This document shows, piece after piece, positions 9,242-17,599 of a DNA stretch of 64,000 nt. This stretch comes from an uncultured Gammaproteobacteria bacterium (GTDB lineage: Bacteria > Patescibacteriota > Patescibacteriia > Magasanikbacterales > UBA10003), in the NCBI GenBank assembly GCA_964365025.1, contig CAYIOJ010000002.1, positions 20,208 to 84,207 of the forward strand, written 5' to 3'. Under the pieces are notes generated by a model. It searched no databases. It saw only the letters and a program-made list of their open reading frames with translations, and had not been told where the DNA came from. A program made the position numbers and the translations under genes. Position 1 is the stretch's first letter; each line of letters begins with the position of its first letter.

Positions 9242-10649
9242 AATTTTGTTGTTTGTCATTTTAATTGCCGCGGCCGGCTGGGCGGTAAAATTTTTTTGGC
9301 AGTCAAAAATTAACCTTGGTCCGGCCGCATCGGAAAAAAGCGACAACGGATTGTCTCAAATTTTTAAAAATACATCTGAATTGAAAGAAGCGGTTTCATT
9401 GATGCCTAATTTTTTGGGTTACGACAAACCGCGCACTTATTTGGTTTTGTTTTTAAACAATGCCGAGATTCGGCCGGGCGGCGGATTCATCGGCAGTTAT
9501 GCTTTGGTAAAAATAGACAAAGGCAGATTGGCGTTTTTTGCCACCAGCGGTTCGGAAAATTTGGATTGGGCGGCGAGCGATGATTTTAAAGTTGAGCCGC
9601 CGGAAGCGCTGAAAAAATATCTGTATTTGACCAATTGGTATTTTCGCGATGCCAATTGGTCGCCGGATTTTCCGGAAAGCAGCCGCGCCGCGCTGTGGTT
9701 TTATCGGTTTGAGGGCGGCCAAGACGGTTCTAAAATTGACGGGGTCATCGGACTGACTCCGCGCGTAGTTGAAGAATTGGCCAAAATTACCGGACCGGTG
9801 ACAGTGGCTAACAAAGTTTTTAACGCGGAAAATATTATTGATGAATTGCAATATCAAGTGGAGGTCGGATTTTTGAAAGATGACACGCCGCGAGCGGAGC
9901 GCAAGGAACTGGTGGGGGATTTGGGGCGCGAGTTGCTTAAAAAAGTCGCGGATTTGCCGCCGTGGAAATGGGCCGGCATTTATTCAATGGCGCAAAAGAT
10001 GTTTGGGGAAAAACAGCTGATGATCTGGAGCGCCAATGATGCCATGGAGGCGGCTTTGGTCAAACAGGGGTGGGCCGGAGAAATTAAAAAAGTTGCCGGC
10101 GATTTTTTAATGGTAGTGGACGCGAATTTATCGGCCTTGAAAACTGATCCCAAGGTTGACCGCTTCATTCGTTATGAAATTAAGCCGGAAGGCGCGCGGC
10201 TGAAAGCTCGGGCAACAATTGCGTATAATCATCATGGGCAATTTGATTGGAAGACCACTCGTTATCGCACCTATACGCGCGTGTATGTTCCATTTGGCAG
10301 TGAATTAATCAGCTCAAGCGGTTTTGTGGAAAACGATAAAATCAAGAGCAAAGGAAAGATTGAGCCCGTGCCAGCCAAAGTAACCGAGGAATTGGGCCAG
10401 ACGGTGTTTGGCGGATTTATTGCCGTGGAACCGGGAGAAAAAGAAACTTTGATTTTAGAGTATTATTTGCCGGAAAAAATCGTTCAGCAAGCCGCTCGCG
10501 GGTTGTATACATTATTTGTTCAAAAGCAATTGGGCAGTGCGGCGTACAAATTGACAGTGGAAGCGAATTTTGGTAAAAAGGACGGGCAGGGAAATTTGCG
10601 CGCGGAAACGGATTTGAGAGAAGACAGAAGTTTCGACTCGTCATTCTGA
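9207..10649 (+). CDS. DUF4012-family envelope protein
   Basis: Has an N-terminal membrane anchor and the NNAEIRPGGGFIGSYA motif typical of DUF4012. The last three codons plus the stop are supplied by the repeat at 10639-10666. Confidence 0.55.
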   Translation: MVFMSPKRKLIKILLFVILIAAAGWAVKFFWQSKINLGPAASEKSDNGLSQIFKNTSELKEAVSLMPNFLGYDKPRTYLVLFLNNAEIRPGGGFIGSYALVKIDKGRLAFFATSGSENLDWAASDDFKVEPPEALKKYLYLTNWYFRDANWSPDFPESSRAALWFYRFEGGQDGSKIDGVIGLTPRVVEELAKITGPVTVANKVFNAENIIDELQYQVEVGFLKDDTPRAERKELVGDLGRELLKKVADLPPWKWAGIYSMAQKMFGEKQLMIWSANDAMEAALVKQGWAGEIKKVAGDFLMVVDANLSALKTDPKVDRFIRYEIKPEGARLKARATIAYNHHGQFDWKTTRYRTYTRVYVPFGSELISSSGFVENDKIKSKGKIEPVPAKVTEELGQTVFGGFIAVEPGEKETLILEYYLPEKIVQQAARGLYTLFVQKQLGSAAYKLTVEANFGKKDGQGNLRAETDLREDRSFDSSF

Positions 10650-10666
10650 GCGAAGCGAAGAATCTC
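10639..10666. repeat. GTCATTCTGAGCGAAGCGAAGAATC element, short variant of the GTCATTGCGAG...GAAGCAATC family
   Basis: The sequence is CGTCATTCTGAGCGAAGCGAAGAATCTC. It overlaps the stop codon of the upstream ORF. Confidence 0.7.
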
Positions 10667-10671
10667 TTTAT

Positions 10672-11679
10672 ATGTTCATCAAAAAAATTGCCATTGATTT
10701 GGGAACCACGAGCGTTCTGGTGCATGTACCCGGACGCGGCGTTGTGATAAATGAACCGTCAGTAGTGGCTATTTCCAGAGACGACCGCAAAATTTTGGCA
10801 GTGGGCGGCGAAGCCAAAGAAATGCTCGGCCGCACGCCCGAGACAATCATTGCCATGCGGCCGCTTAAAGACGGGGTAATCGCCGATTATCGCTCCACCG
10901 AAGCGATGTTGCGTTATTTTATAAACAAAGCCATTGGCGGATTTAGAATTTTGCGTCCGGAAGTGATGGTGGCGGTGCCGGGCGGCATCACCTCCACCGA
11001 GCGCCGCGCCGTGATTGACGCCACCATTGCCGCCGGCGCCCGCGCCGCCTACATTATTAAGGAGCCGATTGTGGCGGCGATTGGCGCGGACATTCCCATT
11101 GGCAGTGCGTCGGGACATTTGATAGTGGACATTGGCGGCGGCACGGCCGAGATGGCGGTGATCTCACTAGGCGGCATTGTGACAAGCAAATCAGTGCGCA
11201 TTGGCGGCAATCGGCTGGACGCGGCCATTCAGGATTACACACGGCGCAAATACGGCCTGGCTATTGGCGAGCGCACGGCCGAAGAAGTTAAAATCGGTAT
11301 TGGCTCGGCCATGTTTTTGGACAAGAAATTGGAAATGGAAATAAAAGGCCGCGATATGGTTTCCGGTTTGCCGCGCATTTTAAATTTAACTTCTGATGAC
11401 ATTACTGAAGCCATTCAGCCGGAATTGGAAGGCATGGTTAATTCTTTGAAAGAACTATTATCTGAAACGCCGCCCGAACTCGCGGCTGACGTTATGGACA
11501 AGGGTATGGTGCTGTCCGGCGGTTCTTCGCAGTTGCGCAACATTGAACAATTATTTTCCAAAGCCACCGGCGTGCCGGCTTTTGTGGCTGATGAGCCGGT
11601 ATTTTGCGTGGTCAAAGGTACTGGCATTGCTTTGGAAAATTTGGAATCTTACAAAAGATCAATTTTGGCGACAAGGTAA
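10672..11679 (+). CDS. mreB: Rod-shape-determining protein MreB
   Basis: Carries IDLGTTSVLV, the actin-fold phosphate and adenosine motifs (DIGGGTAEMAV, LSGGSSQL), at full length. Confidence 0.9.
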   Translation: MFIKKIAIDLGTTSVLVHVPGRGVVINEPSVVAISRDDRKILAVGGEAKEMLGRTPETIIAMRPLKDGVIADYRSTEAMLRYFINKAIGGFRILRPEVMVAVPGGITSTERRAVIDATIAAGARAAYIIKEPIVAAIGADIPIGSASGHLIVDIGGGTAEMAVISLGGIVTSKSVRIGGNRLDAAIQDYTRRKYGLAIGERTAEEVKIGIGSAMFLDKKLEMEIKGRDMVSGLPRILNLTSDDITEAIQPELEGMVNSLKELLSETPPELAADVMDKGMVLSGGSSQLRNIEQLFSKATGVPAFVADEPVFCVVKGTGIALENLESYKRSILATR

Positions 11680-11689
11680 AGGGTTGTCG

Positions 11690-12125
11690 TTCAAAAAAAA
11701 GACCGCCCGAGCCGAAGCCGGGGCGGAGGGAGCGGAATCAGTTGCGATTCCGCAGGTTGGTTTGAGTTGCGCCGTTTGCGGGTGCGGCGCCGGACTGCGT
11801 CACTGCAGACCTTCCTTGTCGCGGTTCTCTCGCGGTTTAAGAGGCTCGAGCGCCCTAGGAGAAGGGCGTCCCCCCCACGAGGTTAGAAACGAGGTAGCAG
11901 CAATCCAGTCCGCACCCGCATTCAGCGACCTTCATGGAAAAAAGCAGCCTATCATGTTTACCGTGCGGTCGCCCCCCGACGAACGCACAGTTATGATAGG
12001 GCGGGTAATTACTTAACCCGCGCCAGTTCCCGGACACGAACGGTCCGTACTCCGCTTCTTCCTTCTTGGCCGTGAAGGTCGGCCGGTTGAGGAATTTCGG
12101 CAGGAGTGTCCTGCCGAAATCTAAA
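11690..12125 (-). ncRNA. Candidate structured ncRNA, possibly RNase P RNA (rnpB). Strand and identity are tentative
   Basis: A ~430-nt stretch with no credible ORF and GC far above the local background. On the minus strand it ends in a GC-rich hairpin followed by a U8 run (11690-11730), like an intrinsic terminator. The minus strand also has GUCCGGG, GCACGGUAAAC and CCCCGGCUUCGG motifs in the order expected of bacterial RNase P RNA, but the canonical GGAAAGUCC is absent. Confidence 0.35.
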
Positions 12126-12232
12126 CGCGCTTTGAGAATACGCTCTCGCCGCGCGCCCAGACCAAGTTTGCGAATATGGCTTATGCTACCATAAATTGAC
12201 TGTGATTGTCAATAAATAAGCTGTGAATATCT

Positions 12233-13393
12233 ATGCTATTATTGATTGACGCTTCGCGCGCCAACAATGAACAAAAAACCGGCGTAGAATGGTACGCTTT
12301 TTTTGTGATTCAGGAATTGAAAAAAATTGTGCCGACGGAGACGCGCGTGGTTCTTTACACCCGCGAGCCGCTCCAGGGTGAGTTGGCGCGATTGCCGTCA
12401 AATTGGCAGGAGCAAGTTCTGCCTTGGCCGCCACGGCGGCTCTGGACGCAGATTCGTTTGTCCTGGGAGATTTGGCGCGTGAAAAGAGGGGCGCGTGATT
12501 ACGCCGCCGGCGCCAAAGAGAAAGAGTTGGCGCTGTTTGTGCCGGCGCATGTTTTGCCTTTAATTTGCCCGATCAATACTTTTATCACCATCCATGATTT
12601 GGGGGGTTTGCGTTTTCCAGCCGGCTATTCTTTGTTTGAAAAATGGTACGCGCGATTTGCCACTTGGTTCGCCCTGCGCCGCGCTACAGTTTTTACTCCG
12701 TCGGAATTCAGCCGTCGAGAGATTATGAACGTGTTTGGCAATGGGAAAATTATAGTCGCGCCCAATGGTTTTGATGATTCAAAATATCATTTGATTGATG
12801 ATAAAAAAGCGATCGGGCAAATTTTGGAAAAATATAATATCCGGCCGCCGTATTTTTTAAGCATCAGCCGGCTGGAAGAAAAGAAAAACACGGTCGGTAT
12901 TGTTGAGGCGTATAAAATTTTTAAAGAAAAAATATCTCTGCAATCCAATTCAGAAAATTATTCACTGGTTCTTTTGGGCAAGCCCGGATTTGGTTATACA
13001 AAAGTGGCGGAGGCGATTAAGAAATCCGGCTATCAGCACACCATTATTATACCCGGGTGGGTAAAGGCCGAGGATGTGCCGTATTTGATGAGTGGCGCCA
13101 GCGCTTTTATTTTCCCGAGTTTTTACGAGGGCTTTGGCATTCCGGTTTTGGAAGCCATGGCTTGCGGCGTTCCGGTAATTGTTTCTAATCGCGCGGCTTT
13201 GCCCGAGGTGGCGGACAACGCCGCTTTGCTCGTTGACCCATACAAGCCCGGGGACATCGCGCGGGCAATGCTGGAAATTGTTTCTTCTCCGGCCTTGAGT
13301 GACGAATTGGTTGGGCGGGGATTGGCTCGGGCACGGGAGTTTGGGTGGGAGAGGGCTGCGGGGAAGATTTGGGGTATTTTGACAAAATACTGA
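12233..13393 (+). CDS. Glycosyltransferase family 4 (GT-B fold)
   Basis: C-terminal EGFGIPVLEAMACGVPVIVS motif and the overall GT4 layout. Confidence 0.75.
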   Translation: MLLLIDASRANNEQKTGVEWYAFFVIQELKKIVPTETRVVLYTREPLQGELARLPSNWQEQVLPWPPRRLWTQIRLSWEIWRVKRGARDYAAGAKEKELALFVPAHVLPLICPINTFITIHDLGGLRFPAGYSLFEKWYARFATWFALRRATVFTPSEFSRREIMNVFGNGKIIVAPNGFDDSKYHLIDDKKAIGQILEKYNIRPPYFLSISRLEEKKNTVGIVEAYKIFKEKISLQSNSENYSLVLLGKPGFGYTKVAEAIKKSGYQHTIIIPGWVKAEDVPYLMSGASAFIFPSFYEGFGIPVLEAMACGVPVIVSNRAALPEVADNAALLVDPYKPGDIARAMLEIVSSPALSDELVGRGLARAREFGWERAAGKIWGILTKY

Positions 13394-13445
13394 TTTATGC
13401 TATAATTGATGTATATGTTAATTTTAGCGTAATAATCTATTTTTT

Positions 13446-14657
13446 ATGTATATTAAGCGAAAAATTGAGGATGAAATTCTCAAATATATTAAAAGGCCGG
13501 AAATTATAGCTTTAGTTGGCCCTCGCCAGTGCGGGAAAACAACCACTATTAAAAAAATTTATAACGATTTGAAAAAAGCGATTTTTTTGACCTTTGAGGA
13601 TCAGGATACCCTTAATTTGTTTGAAAATAGTATCAAAAAGTTTATCAGTGTTTATGTCGCCGGCAACGACTATGTTTTTATTGATGAGTTTCAATATGCG
13701 AAAAACGGGGGAAAACTTTTGAAATATATCTACGACATCCACCACACGAAGATAATTATATCCGGGTCATCAGCTCTTGACTTGACTGTCAAGGCGGCGA
13801 AGCATCTGGTGGGCCGGGTGTTTGTTTTGGAAATGCTGCCGTTTGATTTTGGGGAATATCTGCTGTATCGCGACGGAGAATATTATGCCATTTATGAAAA
13901 AAATAAAATTGATTTAAGAAGTATTATCAAAAATTCATTAACCGAAAAACAAAGTAAAATTATAAAAAAATATTTTGAAGAATACGCCCTTTGGGGAGGA
14001 TATCCGGCCGTGGTTTTGTCAAAAACCGAGGAAGAAAAAAAAGAAGTTTTGAAAAATATCTACAATACTTATTTTTTGCGAGATGTGAAAGATATTTTGG
14101 GATTAGTCGATGATTACAAATTAGGAAAATTGATTAAGGCGCTGGCTCTGCAAATCGGTAATATGATTGAATATGGAGAACTAACGGAAGTTTCCGAATT
14201 TTCCTATCATACATTGAAAAAGTATCTTAATTTTTTGAGTAAAACATACATAGCCGGTTTTATTCATCCTTTTTACGGGAACAAAAGGAAAGAAATTGTG
14301 AAGAATAAAAAAGTGTATTTTTTTGATACCGGTCTGCGAAATCACATTGTAAATGATTTTCAGATATTAAGCGCGCGTCAAGATGTTGGCGCTTTGCTTG
14401 AAAATGCTTGTTTTATGCAGTTTATCAAAAACAAATATTCGCCGCAGTATTGGCGGGATAAGAATAAAAACGAAGTAGATTTTATTTTAGACATCGGAGA
14501 CGGAAAATATTCGGCTCTGGAAATAAAGTTAAATCAAAATAAATGTCGCCTGCCCGCCGTTTTTAAAGATAACTATAAAGATTTTTTGACCTTTTGCGCG
14601 TATTTTAATGAAACCAATAAAGAGAAAGAAAATGGTCTGTTTTTACCTCTGCTCTAA
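13446..14657 (+). CDS. AAA+ ATPase with a C-terminal DUF4143-like domain (COG1373-type)
   Basis: Walker A GPRQCGKTT, Walker B VFIDEF, and the C-terminal region typical of DUF4143. The gene is AT-rich. A divergent paralogue lies at 38498-39742. Confidence 0.65.
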   Translation: MYIKRKIEDEILKYIKRPEIIALVGPRQCGKTTTIKKIYNDLKKAIFLTFEDQDTLNLFENSIKKFISVYVAGNDYVFIDEFQYAKNGGKLLKYIYDIHHTKIIISGSSALDLTVKAAKHLVGRVFVLEMLPFDFGEYLLYRDGEYYAIYEKNKIDLRSIIKNSLTEKQSKIIKKYFEEYALWGGYPAVVLSKTEEEKKEVLKNIYNTYFLRDVKDILGLVDDYKLGKLIKALALQIGNMIEYGELTEVSEFSYHTLKKYLNFLSKTYIAGFIHPFYGNKRKEIVKNKKVYFFDTGLRNHIVNDFQILSARQDVGALLENACFMQFIKNKYSPQYWRDKNKNEVDFILDIGDGKYSALEIKLNQNKCRLPAVFKDNYKDFLTFCAYFNETNKEKENGLFLPLL

Positions 14658-14671
14658 GTGTGTTAATACAT

Positions 14672-14706
14672 GAGATTGCTTCATCGCTTCGTTCCTCGCA
14701 ATGACA
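14672..14706. repeat. GTCATTGCGAG...GAAGCAATC family element in reverse orientation
   Basis: The sequence is GAGATTGCTTCATCGCTTCGTTCCTCGCAATGACAG. Confidence 0.7.
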
Positions 14707-14773
14707 GTTGTTGGGCAGTCTGTCAGGATAAAAAATTGTTGCCAATTAAACTCGCGACTGGTATAATAAGGTC

Positions 14774-15784
14774 ATGCTTATCGGCCATTCAGCCCAGCTA
14801 AATTTTTTACGCCGTTCCTTTGATAGCGGTCGTTTGGCGCACGCCTATATTTTCGTCGGGCCGGAAGGAGTAGGCAAAAAAAAAATGGCGTTGGAATTGG
14901 CTAATTGGTGTTTGGAGCGAATCGCACCTGCTGGATTCCCGATCAGGTCGGGAATGACAACGGCTGAATCAGCTGATGATTTAAGCCATGACTGGCAGAT
15001 CAAATTTGTGGAGCGGGTTTATGACGATAAAACCGGCAAACTGCGCAAAGACATTTCCATTAAACAAATTCATGAAATTCGGGAATCGCTAAATCATCAT
15101 TCTTTGGTAAGTTCCTATAAAATTGTTATAATAGATTCAGCCGAGCGGATGAGCATTGGCGCGGCTAATGCCTTGCTTAAAACTTTGGAAGAGCCCAGCC
15201 CCAAAACATTGATTGTGCTTTTGACTATTGATGAAAAGGCCTTGCCCAGCACCATTGTTTCGCGCTGTCAGGTCGTGCGATTTTATCAAGTGCCAACCAA
15301 GGAAATTTATGAGGCGTTGGTGGAAAAAGGTGTGAAGAGAGACGCGGCTTTGGAAACCGCCCGTTTGTCTTTTGGTTCGCCCGGCCGGGCGCTTAATTTA
15401 TTGGCTGATTCTGAAAAATTAAAATTTTGTCAAGATGAACGCGCTCGATTTTGGGAATTATTAAAAAATGGACTGGCGGAAAGATTGGCGCGAGTGGCTG
15501 ATTTATTCGGGAGCAAAGACGACCACATGGAAGCGCGCGATAAATTGATTGAAATTTTGCAGATTTGGCAGATTTTGTGGCGCGATATTTTGTCGGCGCG
15601 GCAGGGAGCGGTGGAACTGGTGGCCAATATTTCCGAGGAAGAGGAAATCCAAAAACAAACCAAAAGATACAGTGGGGCGCAAATCTTTGGCGTGATTAAA
15701 AAAATTGAAGAATCAATTGTCCTGTTGCGCCAAAACATCAATCCAAAATTGATAATTGAAAATTTAATTTTGAGTTTTTATTAA
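14774..15784 (+). CDS. holB: DNA polymerase III delta' subunit
   Basis: Carries HAYIFVGPEGVGKKK and the SRCQ motif. An extra segment after the P-loop (PAGFPIRSGMTT) is encoded by a small hairpin ATTCCCGA-TCAGG-TCGGGAAT. Confidence 0.8.
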   Translation: MLIGHSAQLNFLRRSFDSGRLAHAYIFVGPEGVGKKKMALELANWCLERIAPAGFPIRSGMTTAESADDLSHDWQIKFVERVYDDKTGKLRKDISIKQIHEIRESLNHHSLVSSYKIVIIDSAERMSIGAANALLKTLEEPSPKTLIVLLTIDEKALPSTIVSRCQVVRFYQVPTKEIYEALVEKGVKRDAALETARLSFGSPGRALNLLADSEKLKFCQDERARFWELLKNGLAERLARVADLFGSKDDHMEARDKLIEILQIWQILWRDILSARQGAVELVANISEEEEIQKQTKRYSGAQIFGVIKKIEESIVLLRQNINPKLIIENLILSFY

Positions 15785-15794
15785 AAATAGAAAA

Positions 15795-15872
15795 TGTCAT
15801 GCTGAATTTATTTCAGCATCTCATGAGATCCCGAAACCTGCCTACCGGACAGGCAGGCAAGTTCGGGATGAC
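15795..15872. repeat. Composite hairpin repeat: ATGCTGAA...TTCAGCAT plus ATCCCGAA...TTCGGGAT. The inverted partner lies at 16981-17040
   Basis: The left copy is TGTCATGCTGAATTTATTTCAGCATCTCATGAGATCCCGAAAC[CTGCCTACCGGACAGGCAGG]CAAGTTCGGGATGAC. Its reverse complement matches 16981-17040 except for the bracketed CTGCC...GGCAGG module. Confidence 0.75.
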
Positions 15873-15883
15873 GCGGTAAATAT

Positions 15884-16960
15884 ATGCGCAAAACAATTAT
15901 TTTTTTCGGTTTAATTCTCTCCGCACTGGTGTTGGTTGGCGCCGGCTGCCAGATCGGGCCCTTTAGTTTTGGCGGTGGCGGGGCCGCCGGCAATGATGGC
16001 GGAATTTTCAAAAGCGCTGACAAAGCCGAGACTTGGGTGCAGAAGACGCAAATTTTGGCCACGGGCGGACAAATTAAAAATTTTGGCAACATTAATATCA
16101 TCAGTTTCGTTTTTGATCCGTCTGATCGCAACGCTTTTTATGCCGGGTCTGCCGGCAACGGCCTATTTTACAGCTATGACGCGGGCGCGAGCTGGCAACA
16201 ACCGGCGCAGATTACGGCCGGCGCGATTCGCTCCATTGCCGTTGATCCGAAAAATAAATGCGTGATTTACCTTGCCGTTGGTAATCAGATTTTGAAATCA
16301 GTTGATTGCAATCGCAACTACGTTTCAATTTATCAGGAAACGCGGCCGGACGTGATTTTGAATCAAATTGCAGTTGATTCTTACAATACAACCAATCTTT
16401 TTGTGGGTAATAGCGTTGGCGATTTGATAAAGAGTTCTGACGCCGGCAAGTCTTGGGTAGTGATTCGCCATTTTGATAATTCTGTTGCCAAGATACTCAT
16501 GAATCCGCTGGATACGCGTAAAATGTACGTGGCCACGCAGGATTATGGAATCTTTCGCACCGGCGACGCGGGGAAATCCTGGGTGGATTTGAATCAGGGA
16601 TTGAAGCAGTACGGCGGCGCGTTTGTGTTTCATGATTTGATTTTGATGGACGCCAAGGCCGAGAGTTTACTTCTGTCTTCGCAGTACGGTTTGATTAAAT
16701 CCGGCGATGCCGGAGTCAGTTGGACCGCGCTGGCACTTTTGACTCCGCCTTCCGGCGCTGATATCAGGGTCGCGGCAATCAATCCGCAAAATCCGCAGGA
16801 AATTTTTTACGCCACGCCGTCAACTTTTTACAAATCATTTGACGGCGGAGTAAAATGGACCACTAAAAAATTGCCGAGCACGCGTTTGCCGACCGTTTTG
16901 GTCAACGATCCGACAGAACCAAAAATAATGTATATGGGATTTTTACAAGTGAAAAAATGA
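15884..16960 (+). CDS. BNR/Asp-box repeat beta-propeller lipoprotein
   Basis: Signal peptide with an LVGAGC lipobox, then at least five SxDxGxxW repeats (SYDAGASW, SSDAGKSW, TGDAGKSW, SGDAGVSW, SFDGGVKW). Confidence 0.75.
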   Translation: MRKTIIFFGLILSALVLVGAGCQIGPFSFGGGGAAGNDGGIFKSADKAETWVQKTQILATGGQIKNFGNINIISFVFDPSDRNAFYAGSAGNGLFYSYDAGASWQQPAQITAGAIRSIAVDPKNKCVIYLAVGNQILKSVDCNRNYVSIYQETRPDVILNQIAVDSYNTTNLFVGNSVGDLIKSSDAGKSWVVIRHFDNSVAKILMNPLDTRKMYVATQDYGIFRTGDAGKSWVDLNQGLKQYGGAFVFHDLILMDAKAESLLLSSQYGLIKSGDAGVSWTALALLTPPSGADIRVAAINPQNPQEIFYATPSTFYKSFDGGVKWTTKKLPSTRLPTVLVNDPTEPKIMYMGFLQVKK

Positions 16961-16980
16961 CCCCGATGAATATCGGGGTC

Positions 16981-17040
16981 ATCCCGAACTTGTTTCGGGA
17001 TCTTATTTCTAGAAGATGCTGAAACAAGTTCAGCATGACA
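16981..17040. repeat. Inverted partner of the composite hairpin repeat at 15795-15872
   Basis: The sequence is ATCCCGAACTTGTTTCGGGATCTTATTTCTAGAAGATGCTGAAACAAGTTCAGCATGACA. A GACCCCGAT-GAAT-ATCGGGGTC hairpin precedes it at 16958-16980. Confidence 0.75.
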
Positions 17041-17598
17041 TCAATTATGCTCAACTTAGACACTTTTCGTCCTCAATTCACTAAAATTCTTGACCATCTG
17101 AAAAACGAACTCGGCTCTTTGCGCACGGGCCGGGCCAACGCCGCTGTTTTGGATTCGGTTCAGGTGCAGGCTTATGGACAAAGTATGCTGTTAAAAAGCA
17201 TTGCTTCGATCAGCGTGCCGGACGCGCGCACCATTGCCGTGGAGCCTTGGGATAAGGGATTGCTCAAAGATGTGGAAAAAGCGATTGTGGAAGCCAAACT
17301 CGGTATCAATCCTGTTAATGAGGGCCAGTTGATTCGTTTGCCCATGCCCTCTTTGACCGAGGAATCGCGCCGGGATTTAATTAAGATTCTCAATCAAAAG
17401 TTGGAACAAGGGCGCATTACCGCGCGCCAGCTGCGCGACACGGTGCGGGAAAAAATCGTGCAGGAAGAAAAAGAAAAATTAATCGGCGAGGACCAGCGCT
17501 TTCGCCTTCAGCAAAAATTGGATGAAATGGTGAAAGAAATAAACGACAAAATCAAGGTGATGGGTGAAGAAAAAGAAAAGGAAATAATGACAGTTTAA
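17035..17598 (+). CDS. frr: Ribosome recycling factor
   Basis: RRF pattern throughout (VQVQAYGQSMLLKSIASISVPDARTIAVEPWDKGLLKDVEKAI). The start is probably the Met at 17047. Confidence 0.85.
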   Translation: MTSIMLNLDTFRPQFTKILDHLKNELGSLRTGRANAAVLDSVQVQAYGQSMLLKSIASISVPDARTIAVEPWDKGLLKDVEKAIVEAKLGINPVNEGQLIRLPMPSLTEESRRDLIKILNQKLEQGRITARQLRDTVREKIVQEEKEKLIGEDQRFRLQQKLDEMVKEINDKIKVMGEEKEKEIMTV

Positions 17599-17599
17599 T

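Noticed and set aside
11543-12037. ORFs 11543-12016(+) and 11855-12037(-) in the GC-rich block after mreB
   Set aside because: Both translate as Ala/Arg/Gly-rich low-complexity sequence typical of GC-rich RNA read as protein. The first is merely an out-of-frame extension from the mreB 3' region. Treated as non-coding.
11690-12125. tmRNA as the identity of the GC-rich non-coding block
   Set aside because: No tag-peptide ORF ending in ...AA-stop and no tRNA-like TΨC/acceptor 3' end ending in CCA could be found on either strand.
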